Positions 1 through 8,876 of a DNA stretch of 44,315 nucleotides are shown in pieces. The DNA is from Candidatus Delongbacteria bacterium (GTDB lineage Bacteria > UBA4055). A program made the translations under genes and the position numbers. The DNA lies in NCBI GenBank assembly GCA_016937995.1, contig JAFGVM010000051.1, positions 1 to 44,315 on the forward strand, written 5' to 3'. Below the pieces are notes generated by a model. That model saw nothing but the letters and a program-made list of their open reading frames with translations. It made no database searches and was not told where the DNA came from. Within the stretch, counting starts at the first letter, position 1. Each line of letters opens with the position of its first letter.

Positions 1-158
1 TACTTACTTCGTCGAATGAGGAGAAAGACATAGTCAGTGCTTACGAACTCGGAGTTAACAGCTATATCGTGAAACCGATAGATTTTCTGAAATTCAGTAA
101 TTCGATCAAGGAAATCGGATATTACTGGCTGGTCTTAAATAAAACGGTTCAAAAATAA
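1..158 (+). CDS. Single-domain response regulator (Rcp1/CheY-like), 3' part only
   Basis: Frame from nt 3 reads [28 protein letters not shown]...[13 protein letters not shown]. This is the typical C-terminal half of a receiver (T-S-S, YIVKP). 5' end is outside the window. Confidence 0.85.
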   Translation, partial: LTSSNEEKDIVSAYELGVNSYIVKPIDFLKFSNSIKEIGYYWLVLNKTVQK

Positions 159-170
159 AAGGTAATTATT

Positions 171-2831
171 ATGGAAAAACTTAAGATACTTATTCTTGAG
201 GATAACGACAGCGATCTTGATCTTGTGCTTTATGAGCTTAAGAAACTTAAGGCAGAAAAAGATTTCATAATCTGTAAGAATAAGGAAGAGTTCATAAAAG
301 CTTTGAATGAACATGATCCGGATATTATACTTTCTGATTTCAACCTCCCTGACATTGACGGTGAGGAAGCACTTTTTATGTTAAGAGATAAAGACCGGAA
401 CATCCCTTTTATTTTAGTTTCTTCCATGATCGGAGAGGAAAAAGCTGTCGAACTGATGCGTAACGGGGCAAATGATTTCATCATGAAAGACAAGCTGAAG
501 AAGCTCGTTCCGACGATAGAAAGAGAACTTAAATCATATGAGAGTATAAAAAGATCTGAGATCGAACATAATGAAGTTATACAATCTCAAATAAGAATTT
601 CGATCCAGAAAGATTTTTATGAAAGCATTCTTGAGAATATAACCAACGGCGTCTGGGTAACCGATAAGTATGATAAAATAAAATATACAAATGAAGAAAT
701 GACGAGGATCGCGGGTGTTCCAAAAAACAAGATCGTCGGGAACTCGGTCATTGACGGATTCGAAGAAAAAACCATATCTGAGTTTAAAAATCGTTATCTC
801 AAAGTAAAGAATACCCTGTTCCCTTCGGAGTATGAAGTTCAAGTTGTTACACCTGACGGGAAGAACTCAATACAGAGAGGATGGTTGATCCCTTATGTAA
901 AAGATAATAAATTTGACGGAATGATTTGTACGGCCGAAGATGTGACCGAAAAAGTTAGTATTCAGAGGAAAATAATTGATAGCGAAGCAAAGTACAAGAG
1001 CCTAGCAGAAAATTCATTAGACAGAATAGAGAGATATGATTCAGAATGCAGGCATATTTACATAAATCAGGAGTCTTTGAGAATAACAGGTTTTAAGTTT
1101 GAAGATGTGATCGGTAAAACTCATAAAGAACTCGGTTATCCGGAAGAAACAGCAAAGGAATGGGACGAGTTTATAAAAAGTGTTTTTAAAAGTAAAAAAC
1201 CTGATAGTAAAATTCTTGAGATCCGTAATGAGGAAAAAACAACTTATTATGATTGGCGTTTGTATCCCGAGTTCGATAACAATAATTCTGTAAAAAGTAT
1301 TTTAAGTGTTTCAAGAGATATTACTGAATTACAACAAAAAGGGCTAGAATTAAAAGAGAGTGAGATCAAATTAAAGAAAGGTGAAAAAATTGCCAAATTC
1401 GGCTATTGGCAGATCGATCTTAATGATAATTCTGTTGAACTTTCTGAAGGAGCTAAATCCATATTTGAGCTTGAGGGTGTGTTTTATGATCTTCCGATGA
1501 TAAGAAAACTTCCTCTGGAACCATATCGTATAACAAACTCTATAGCTTTTAATGATCTTGTTAAGGATGGTATTCCGTATATCGTTGAGTATCAGGCTCG
1601 CGGCTTAAGATCTCAGCAACTTAAATACTTAAGATCTATTGCAGAAATTGATAAAGAAGGTAAAAAAGTCTTTGGCGTGGTCCACGATATAACAAATCAT
1701 AAAATTCTTGAACTTGACCTTATTGAAAGTCAGAGAAAATTTTACTCGTTGTACAACAATGCTCCTGATATGTATGCATCGGTAGATGCTGATTCTGGAA
1801 CAATAATAGAATGTAACGATACCTTGCTGAATAGAACGGGTTATAAAAGAGAAGAAGTTATTGGAATTAATATTTTCGATATTTATCATGAAGATTCTTT
1901 AATTGATGCAAAGAACACCAGAGAAGAATACTTAAAACTGGGCAGTATTAAAAATAAAAGGTTGATCCTAAAAAAGAAAAATGGTAATAAACTTCATGTA
2001 AATCTAAACATTGAATCGGTTAGAGATGAAAATAATAAGATAATTCATTCTTTATCTGCCTGGAGAGATATTACCGAGCAGAAAGAACATGAAGAACTGC
2101 TTTTAAAACAAAAACAGGACCTTGAAAGATCGAATAAGGAACTGGAAGAATTTGCCTATGTTGCATCTCATGACCTGCAGGAACCGTTAAGAATGATCTC
2201 AAGTTTTAATCAACTTCTCGCTGAAAATCATTCTTCTGATCTGAATGATGAAGCTAAGACCTATATGAGTTTTGCTGTTGAAGGCGCAAAGAGAATGCAG
2301 AATTTGATCCTTGGTCTTCTTGATTACTCAAGAGTTTCTACTCAGGGAAGTAGTATGAAAATCACAAAACTTGACACTGCCTTACATATTGCAAAATGCA
2401 ATCTTCAAATGCTGATCGATGACACCTGTGCTGAGATAGTTTCTGATAAACTTCCTGAAGTTATGGCTGATGAAACTCAAATGACCATCGTATTTCAGAA
2501 TTTAATTCAGAATGCTATAAAATTTAGAGATCCTGATAAAAAAATTAAAATTCAGATAAGTTCAAAATTTTTAGAGACTGAAGATAAATGGGAAATTACA
2601 GTAGAAGATAACGGAATTGGAATAAACAAAAAGCATCTTGATAAAATTTTTACGATCTTTCACAGATTACATAATCAGCAAACTTATCCTGGTACGGGTA
2701 TAGGTTTATCTATCTGCAAAAGGATCGTACAAAGACATTGCGGTACTATCAGAGCAGAATCCTATGGAATTGGTAAAGGAACCAAAATGATATTCACAAT
2801 TCCATCTGATTTTAGCAATGATCACATATAA
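171..2831 (+). CDS. REC-multi-PAS sensor histidine kinase
   Basis: N-terminal receiver (ILILEDN, LSDFNLP, FIMK) and about 4 PAS/PAC domains. H-box ASHDLQEPLRMI, N-box NLIQNAIKF, G1 EDNGIG, G2 GTGIGL. Confidence 0.95.
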   Translation: MEKLKILILEDNDSDLDLVLYELKKLKAEKDFIICKNKEEFIKALNEHDPDIILSDFNLPDIDGEEALFMLRDKDRNIPFILVSSMIGEEKAVELMRNGANDFIMKDKLKKLVPTIERELKSYESIKRSEIEHNEVIQSQIRISIQKDFYESILENITNGVWVTDKYDKIKYTNEEMTRIAGVPKNKIVGNSVIDGFEEKTISEFKNRYLKVKNTLFPSEYEVQVVTPDGKNSIQRGWLIPYVKDNKFDGMICTAEDVTEKVSIQRKIIDSEAKYKSLAENSLDRIERYDSECRHIYINQESLRITGFKFEDVIGKTHKELGYPEETAKEWDEFIKSVFKSKKPDSKILEIRNEEKTTYYDWRLYPEFDNNNSVKSILSVSRDITELQQKGLELKESEIKLKKGEKIAKFGYWQIDLNDNSVELSEGAKSIFELEGVFYDLPMIRKLPLEPYRITNSIAFNDLVKDGIPYIVEYQARGLRSQQLKYLRSIAEIDKEGKKVFGVVHDITNHKILELDLIESQRKFYSLYNNAPDMYASVDADSGTIIECNDTLLNRTGYKREEVIGINIFDIYHEDSLIDAKNTREEYLKLGSIKNKRLILKKKNGNKLHVNLNIESVRDENNKIIHSLSAWRDITEQKEHEELLLKQKQDLERSNKELEEFAYVASHDLQEPLRMISSFNQLLAENHSSDLNDEAKTYMSFAVEGAKRMQNLILGLLDYSRVSTQGSSMKITKLDTALHIAKCNLQMLIDDTCAEIVSDKLPEVMADETQMTIVFQNLIQNAIKFRDPDKKIKIQISSKFLETEDKWEITVEDNGIGINKKHLDKIFTIFHRLHNQQTYPGTGIGLSICKRIVQRHCGTIRAESYGIGKGTKMIFTIPSDFSNDHI

Positions 2832-2861
2832 CTTCTTAATTCACATGAAAAGGGACTGATC

Positions 2862-5800
2862 ATGAAAAATAATAAATTACCTGTAATAGCTGTTGGTGCA
2901 TCTGCAGGAGGTTTGGAAGCAATTGAACAGTTTTTGTCAAATATTCCAAATGATATTGAAGCTGCGATAGTAATTATCCAGCATCTTGATCCTAATCATG
3001 AAAGTAATATGCCCGGACTTATCTCGAAATATTCAGGGATAAAAACAAAGAAGATTAAATCCGGATTAACCCTAAAAAAGAGAACGATCTATACTATTCC
3101 GAATGATAAAGATGTCACCATTATGGGAGGACACTTTGTACTTCAGAACAGACCGACAAAAGCAGTACTTCACTTTCCTGTTGATAAATTCTTTATCTCT
3201 CTTAAGGAAGAATACGGTAGAAATGCGATTGGAGTAATTCTTTCCGGTGCAGGTAGTGATGGGGCTAAAGGTATAGCTGAAATAAATAAAGGTGGTGGTT
3301 TAACTCTCGCTCAGGATCCGTCAACAGCTGCTTATAATGGAATGCCTTCCAGTGCAATAGCCACCAGAATGATAGACTATGTACTTCCACCTGAGGAAAT
3401 GGCTGAAAAAATAATTACACATATTCAATGTACATTAAATGAAGGGTCGCTGATATCACCCGAAGACCCCAAAACACTCTTATTGATCCGTGATATATTG
3501 AACCTTGTCCGGCAACAGACAAGACATGACTTTTCCGAATATAAAAAAAGCACTATTTGCAGAAGAATAGAACGCAGGATGGTAGCTTTGCAATTATCTG
3601 ATCTTGATAAATATCTTGAAAAATTAAAAACAGACAAGGATGAAGTAGTAGTTTTATTCGATGAACTTCTTATTAATGTTACCAATTTTTTTAGAGATCC
3701 TTCTGTTTTTGAATATATTGATAATCACATACTCGAAAAAATTATCTCCTCATGCGAAGATAATAGAATAAGGGTATGGGTACCCGCATGTTCTACCGGA
3801 GAAGAGGCATATACCTGGGCTATTTTAATAAAACGGTACATCGAAAATAATCATTTGAGTGTTGAACTGACCGTATTCGCCACAGATATCGATCTTAAAG
3901 CTCTTGAAGTTGCAAGAGCAGGGAAATATTCTCTGAATATATCTGAAGATATTCCTGAAGACATTCTCGAACATTATTTTATTAAAAACGATAATACATA
4001 TGAAGTAAAGAAATACATCCGGGAAATGATAATTTTTGCAGAACAGAATGTTCTACAGGATCCTCCTTATTCAAAGCTGGACGTTGTCAGCTGCAGAAAT
4101 TTTTTGATCTATTTAGAGGATACTTTTCAACAGAAAGCAATATCTGTTTTTCATTATTCACTAAAAATGAACGGTTATTTACTTCTTGGTGATTCTGAAT
4201 CACTCGGCGGATCTGCAAAATATTTTAAGATAGATGATAAAAAATACAAGACTTTTAAGAAAATTGAAAGCAACCTTGCAGGTATAAGAATTTGGGATAT
4301 GACAAAATATCATACCACCAAAAAAAGTTTGTCCGGTGAGTTTAATCGTGAAATGCCATTAAAAGATATTGCTCAGAAAGCAATACTGGATAATTATTGT
4401 CCTGCAGGCATTATTATTAATCATAATGCCGAGATCCTTTATGTTCAGGGTCGGACGGGAAAATTCCTTGAACTTTCTACAGGCCGGGCAACAAATAATA
4501 TTATTAATACAGCAAGAGAAGGTTTAAGGATACCGTTAACCAATGCGATCCTGAAATCAAAGACCACAATGAAGGAAGTTAAACATAACAGGATCAGAGT
4601 CAAAACAAATGGAGATTTTGAACTGATAGATCTTTCTGTAATGCCATTAAAATCCGAGATCATTGATTCCGATCTCATCCTTGTTGTCTTTAAAGAATCT
4701 CAAATAACTGCTATAGGTTCAGAATCTGACAATAATGATCCATCCGAGGTGAAAAACATCAAACATCTCCAAAAAGAACTTGATGAAGCTAAAGAGTATC
4801 TGCAAAGCACAATTGAAGAACTGGAATCAACTAACGAAGAATTAAAATCGTCGAATGAAGAGGCTCAATCGACTAACGAGGAGCTGCAGAGTACTAATGA
4901 AGAACTTGAAACATCCAAAGAGGAATTACAGTCGGTAAATGAAGAACTTTTGACCACAAATTACGAACTGCAGAATAAAGTTAAGGAACTTACTGATGTT
5001 AATAACGATATCATCAATTTACTTTCAAGTACGAATATAGCTACAATTTTTCTTGACAGGCAACTTAGAATATTCAAATTCACTCCGTGTGCAAACCAGA
5101 TAATTGGCTTGCTGGATTCAGATATCGGAAGACTTATTACACATTTTGCACACAATCTTACATATAATGATCTCGAATCAGATTTGAAAGAAGTTTTAAG
5201 AACACTGATACCGAAAGAGATAGAAGTGACAACTTTGAACGGAAATTACTATTGGATGAGGATTCTTCCATACAGAACTATCGATGATAAAATAGAAGGT
5301 GTAGTCATAACATTTACTGATATTACAGTCATAAAACAACAGGAAGTTGAGCTGAATAATTACAGGAATCACCTTGAAGAAATAGTCAAGCAGAAAACAA
5401 TTGAAGTTATCGAAAAAGAAGATAAGTTCAGGGCATATATTCAGAACTCGCCAATAGCTATTTTTGTTGCAAATAAAATAGGGATTTATACTTATGTCAA
5501 TGAAGCAGGCATTAAACTTCTTGGTTACTCTCTTGATGAAATTACAACAAAATCCTTTAAGGATGTAAGTAAGAACAGAAATTTAAATATATTTAACAAA
5601 ATAAAGAAAGATGGTAGAGTAAATTCTATTGAGACTGAATGGAGAAAAAATGACGGATCGCTTGTTCCTGTATTATTTGATGCAGTAAAAGTTTCGAATG
5701 ATGAAATAATTGTATTTTGTAAGAATATAGCAAATATAAAAGAGGCAGAATCTAAACTTATATCCGAAAAAGAAAAAGTACAGCATTGTCTGGATATTGC

Positions 5801-6839
5801 AGGATTTATGTTCCTTGCATTAGATAAAGAAGGTAATATAACACTGGTAAATAAGAAGTTTTGTGAAATTACAGGCTATAGCGAAAATAAAGCGTTGGGT
5901 AAAAACTGGTTCGATAATTTCATTCCAAAAGATGATTTGAAAGAGGTAAACAGTGTCTTCAAAAAAATAATTTCCGGAAAAGATAAGAATCTTGAATTTT
6001 ATAAAAATACTATAGTAACTAAATCCGGTGAAGAAAAAATCATCTCATGGCATAATTCTTTGCTGAAAGATGAAAATGGAAAGATCATCGGAGTCCTTTG
6101 CTCAGGTGAAGATATTACCGAAAAAGAAAAAGTTGAGCAAAAATTAGAAAGATCCAATGCGGAACTTGAACAATTCTCTTATGCTGTTTCACACGACCTG
6201 AAGGAACCTTTAAGAATGATTTCAAGTTTTGCAAAATTACTTGAACAAAATTATGGCAATATGCTTGATGACACTGCAAAAACATACCTTAATTTTATTT
6301 CTGACGGTTCCGTAAAAATGCATAAAAAGATCCAGAATGTTCTTGAATACTCAAGACTCTCGAAGTTTGAAGAGAAACCTGTCAAAACAGATCTGAATAA
6401 TATGCTTCTTGAAGCATTAGATAATTTAAAAATTCTTATCGGTGAATCTAAGGCAGCAATAACAAACAAAGGACTTCCAAAGATCACGACTCATCCTCAC
6501 CAGATGGTCGAATTACTACAGAATTTAATATCGAATGCTATAAAATATAAAAGTGAAGATAAATTGTGCAAAATAACCATTGATTCAAAATATGACGATA
6601 AAAGTAAGGAATGGATAATCTCAGTAAAGGACAATGGTATCGGAATAGAAAAAAAGCATTTTAATGATATATTTGTTATATTCAACAAACTGAACAAAGA
6701 TAAGAAATATGAAAGTAACGGGATAGGATTAGCACTTTGCAAAAGAATTGTCGAATTAAATAAAGGAAATATCTGGGTTGAATCAAAAGGTATCGGGAAA
6801 GGTTCTACATTCAAATTCACTTTACCAAGGATAAACTAA
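2862..6839 (+). CDS. CheB methylesterase-CheR methyltransferase-PAS-histidine kinase fusion (CheB/CheR fusion protein)
   Basis: CheB motifs GASAGG, IQHL and GSDG. CheR motifs NVTNFFRD, ACSTGEEAY, ATDID and SCRNFLIY. NEEL heptad coil, PAS domains, H-box SHDLKEPLRMI and a HATPase. Confidence 0.95.
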   Translation: MKNNKLPVIAVGASAGGLEAIEQFLSNIPNDIEAAIVIIQHLDPNHESNMPGLISKYSGIKTKKIKSGLTLKKRTIYTIPNDKDVTIMGGHFVLQNRPTKAVLHFPVDKFFISLKEEYGRNAIGVILSGAGSDGAKGIAEINKGGGLTLAQDPSTAAYNGMPSSAIATRMIDYVLPPEEMAEKIITHIQCTLNEGSLISPEDPKTLLLIRDILNLVRQQTRHDFSEYKKSTICRRIERRMVALQLSDLDKYLEKLKTDKDEVVVLFDELLINVTNFFRDPSVFEYIDNHILEKIISSCEDNRIRVWVPACSTGEEAYTWAILIKRYIENNHLSVELTVFATDIDLKALEVARAGKYSLNISEDIPEDILEHYFIKNDNTYEVKKYIREMIIFAEQNVLQDPPYSKLDVVSCRNFLIYLEDTFQQKAISVFHYSLKMNGYLLLGDSESLGGSAKYFKIDDKKYKTFKKIESNLAGIRIWDMTKYHTTKKSLSGEFNREMPLKDIAQKAILDNYCPAGIIINHNAEILYVQGRTGKFLELSTGRATNNIINTAREGLRIPLTNAILKSKTTMKEVKHNRIRVKTNGDFELIDLSVMPLKSEIIDSDLILVVFKESQITAIGSESDNNDPSEVKNIKHLQKELDEAKEYLQSTIEELESTNEELKSSNEEAQSTNEELQSTNEELETSKEELQSVNEELLTTNYELQNKVKELTDVNNDIINLLSSTNIATIFLDRQLRIFKFTPCANQIIGLLDSDIGRLITHFAHNLTYNDLESDLKEVLRTLIPKEIEVTTLNGNYYWMRILPYRTIDDKIEGVVITFTDITVIKQQEVELNNYRNHLEEIVKQKTIEVIEKEDKFRAYIQNSPIAIFVANKIGIYTYVNEAGIKLLGYSLDEITTKSFKDVSKNRNLNIFNKIKKDGRVNSIETEWRKNDGSLVPVLFDAVKVSNDEIIVFCKNIANIKEAESKLISEKEKVQHCLDIAGFMFLALDKEGNITLVNKKFCEITGYSENKALGKNWFDNFIPKDDLKEVNSVFKKIISGKDKNLEFYKNTIVTKSGEEKIISWHNSLLKDENGKIIGVLCSGEDITEKEKVEQKLERSNAELEQFSYAVSHDLKEPLRMISSFAKLLEQNYGNMLDDTAKTYLNFISDGSVKMHKKIQNVLEYSRLSKFEEKPVKTDLNNMLLEALDNLKILIGESKAAITNKGLPKITTHPHQMVELLQNLISNAIKYKSEDKLCKITIDSKYDDKSKEWIISVKDNGIGIEKKHFNDIFVIFNKLNKDKKYESNGIGLALCKRIVELNKGNIWVESKGIGKGSTFKFTLPRIN

Positions 6840-6856
6840 AAAATAATGGAAAATAA

Positions 6857-7270
6857 ATGATGAATAACAAAAAAACAGTAAATGTACTTCTGGTCGAGGA
6901 TAACGAAGGTGATGTTGTTCTTGCCAGAGAAGCCTTTAGAAGAGTTAGCTCTGATATAAATATAATTCACATTTATGATGGAGAAGATGTATTTGATTAC
7001 CTTAATTCCAAGATTATTACACTGCCTGATCTTATAATTCTTGATCTGAACTTACCGGGTGTGAGCGGTCTGGAGATCCTGCAATTTATTAAGACCACCG
7101 AAAAAATAAAAGATATTCCAGTAGTAGTTTTTACCACTTCAAATAATCTTAATGATATTTCTAAGTGTTCGGAACTTAAGGCAGAGAGCTATGTAATTAA
7201 ACCGATAGATCTTATGGAATACTTTGATGTAGTGTCAAAAATGAACAAATCATGGCTACAGAATAAATAA
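6857..7270 (+). CDS. Single-domain response regulator (Rcp1-like)
   Basis: LLVEDN, ILDLNLP, FTTS, YVIKP; no output domain. Confidence 0.93.
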   Translation: MMNNKKTVNVLLVEDNEGDVVLAREAFRRVSSDINIIHIYDGEDVFDYLNSKIITLPDLIILDLNLPGVSGLEILQFIKTTEKIKDIPVVVFTTSNNLNDISKCSELKAESYVIKPIDLMEYFDVVSKMNKSWLQNK

Positions 7271-7304
7271 CGATCAAATATCAAATAAAACTCAGGGAAG
7301 TAAA

Positions 7305-8603
7305 ATGGTTAGAAAAACAATCTCAATAATTGTGATCGAAGACAATCTTGCCGACGCAGTTATTATAAAAGAAATGTTAAAAAATGATCAGAGATATTTA
7401 GTTGATCACTGTATCGACCTTGAGAGTGCCATTGAAAAAATTGAAGAGAACAATTATGATATAGCACTTGTTGATCTTGGACTACCTGGATGTGCAGGAA
7501 CTGATGCTCCAAATATGCTGATAAAAGCGAAACCGCATCTGCCAATAATAGTTCTTACCGGAAGTGATGACCCAAAGCTAATACAAACACTTATGAGTTG
7601 TGGAGTTCAGGATTATTTGATCAAAGGAATATTTGATAAAGAAATATTATCCCGTTCTATAAGATATTCTATTGAAAGGCAAAAAGTATTTCGGGAATTA
7701 TACATTCAGAAAGCTTTAGCAGAAAATATTATCGAAACTGCTCATGCGATCGTTCTACTGCTTGATCTGAGTGCTAATATTTTAAGTTCAAACAGGTTCT
7801 TTGGAGAAATTACCGGCTATCAGTATCCGGAGATAAAAGAAAAGAACTGGTTCGAATTATTTATTCACGGTGATAACAGAAGAAATACAGAAGATATTTT
7901 TGACAGGTGTTTGAATGAAGAAATTGAACAGGGATTTATAAACCATGTTAAGAAAAAAAACGGTGACCTTATTCCTATTGAATGGTATTATAGTGTTTTA
8001 AAAAATGAGAAGAACGATTTGATTGGAGTATTGAAAATAGGTCATGATATTACCGAAAGAAAAAGAACAGAGAATGAAATAAATAAGCTGTCTACTGCTG
8101 TAGATCAAAGCCCGTCTATAGTTGTTATGACAGATACTTCAGGAGATATTATTTATGCAAATCCAATATTTTCAAAGATAACCGGTTATAGTTTTGAAGA
8201 AGTAAAAGAGGAAAATCCGAGAATATTAAAATCCGGTGAAATGGAAGATGAATTTTACAATGAACTTTGGTCAACAGTATCTTCAGGGAATATTTGGTCA
8301 GGCGAAATGATCAACAAGAAAAAAGACGGTACTATCTATTGGGAAAAGGCTATTATCAGTCCTGTTTTTGATAACGATAAAAAGATCATAAATTATTTGA
8401 AAATTGCTGAAGATGTTACTGAGAAAAAGAGAATGGAGTATGAACTTGAGCAGCACCGTGAGCATTTAGAAGAGCTTGTGGAGCAAAGAACAAAAGAACT
8501 GAATGATAAAAATACTGAACTGGAAAGAATAAATAAACTTTTCTTTAACAGGGAACATCGAATAAAGGAATTAAAAGAACAGTTGAAAAAATATGAGAAA
8601 TAA
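7305..8603 (+). CDS. REC-PAS-PAS protein ending in a coiled coil (no catalytic output domain)
   Basis: Receiver (VIEDN, LVDLGLP, LTG, YLIK), two PAS domains and C-terminal LEELVEQRTKEL...FFNREHRIKELK. Confidence 0.88.
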   Translation: MVRKTISIIVIEDNLADAVIIKEMLKNDQRYLVDHCIDLESAIEKIEENNYDIALVDLGLPGCAGTDAPNMLIKAKPHLPIIVLTGSDDPKLIQTLMSCGVQDYLIKGIFDKEILSRSIRYSIERQKVFRELYIQKALAENIIETAHAIVLLLDLSANILSSNRFFGEITGYQYPEIKEKNWFELFIHGDNRRNTEDIFDRCLNEEIEQGFINHVKKKNGDLIPIEWYYSVLKNEKNDLIGVLKIGHDITERKRTENEINKLSTAVDQSPSIVVMTDTSGDIIYANPIFSKITGYSFEEVKEENPRILKSGEMEDEFYNELWSTVSSGNIWSGEMINKKKDGTIYWEKAIISPVFDNDKKIINYLKIAEDVTEKKRMEYELEQHREHLEELVEQRTKELNDKNTELERINKLFFNREHRIKELKEQLKKYEK

Positions 8604-8620
8604 TTGACAATGGCAAAAAC

Positions 8621-8773
8621 CGTCATCCTGAACTTAAGCTCCGTCATACTGAATTTATTTCAGTATATATCTTGTAATCGTCATTGAGAGGATTTTATTT
8701 TAAATCCGCGGCAATCCTGTTTTTAACGCTAGGTTTTATCCCGTAACGGGCGAATGTTGATTCAACCCTGCGG
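8621..8773. repeat. Composite REP-like palindrome cluster, copy 1
   Basis: CGTC-tagged hairpins (CGTCATACTGAA-TTTAT-TTCAGTAT; CGTCATTGAGAGGATTT...AAATCCGCGGCAATC) plus degenerate GTAACGGGCGAAT...ATTC. A similar block recurs at 11348-11476. Confidence 0.75.
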
Positions 8774-8876
8774 AAAAACCTTACTTTGAAATGAATTCAG
8801 TATCTTAATTTTAATTTTGTGAAATGTGAGACGCAAAATGTCCATCGCTACTTAAAAACAACTTGGATAACAAATT

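Noticed and set aside
171-7270. Bacteriophytochrome/LOV photoreceptor call (HDLQEPLR kinases with Rcp1-like receivers)
   Set aside because: No GAF-PHY module or GxNCRFLQ motif is visible; only the transmitter subfamily is shared.
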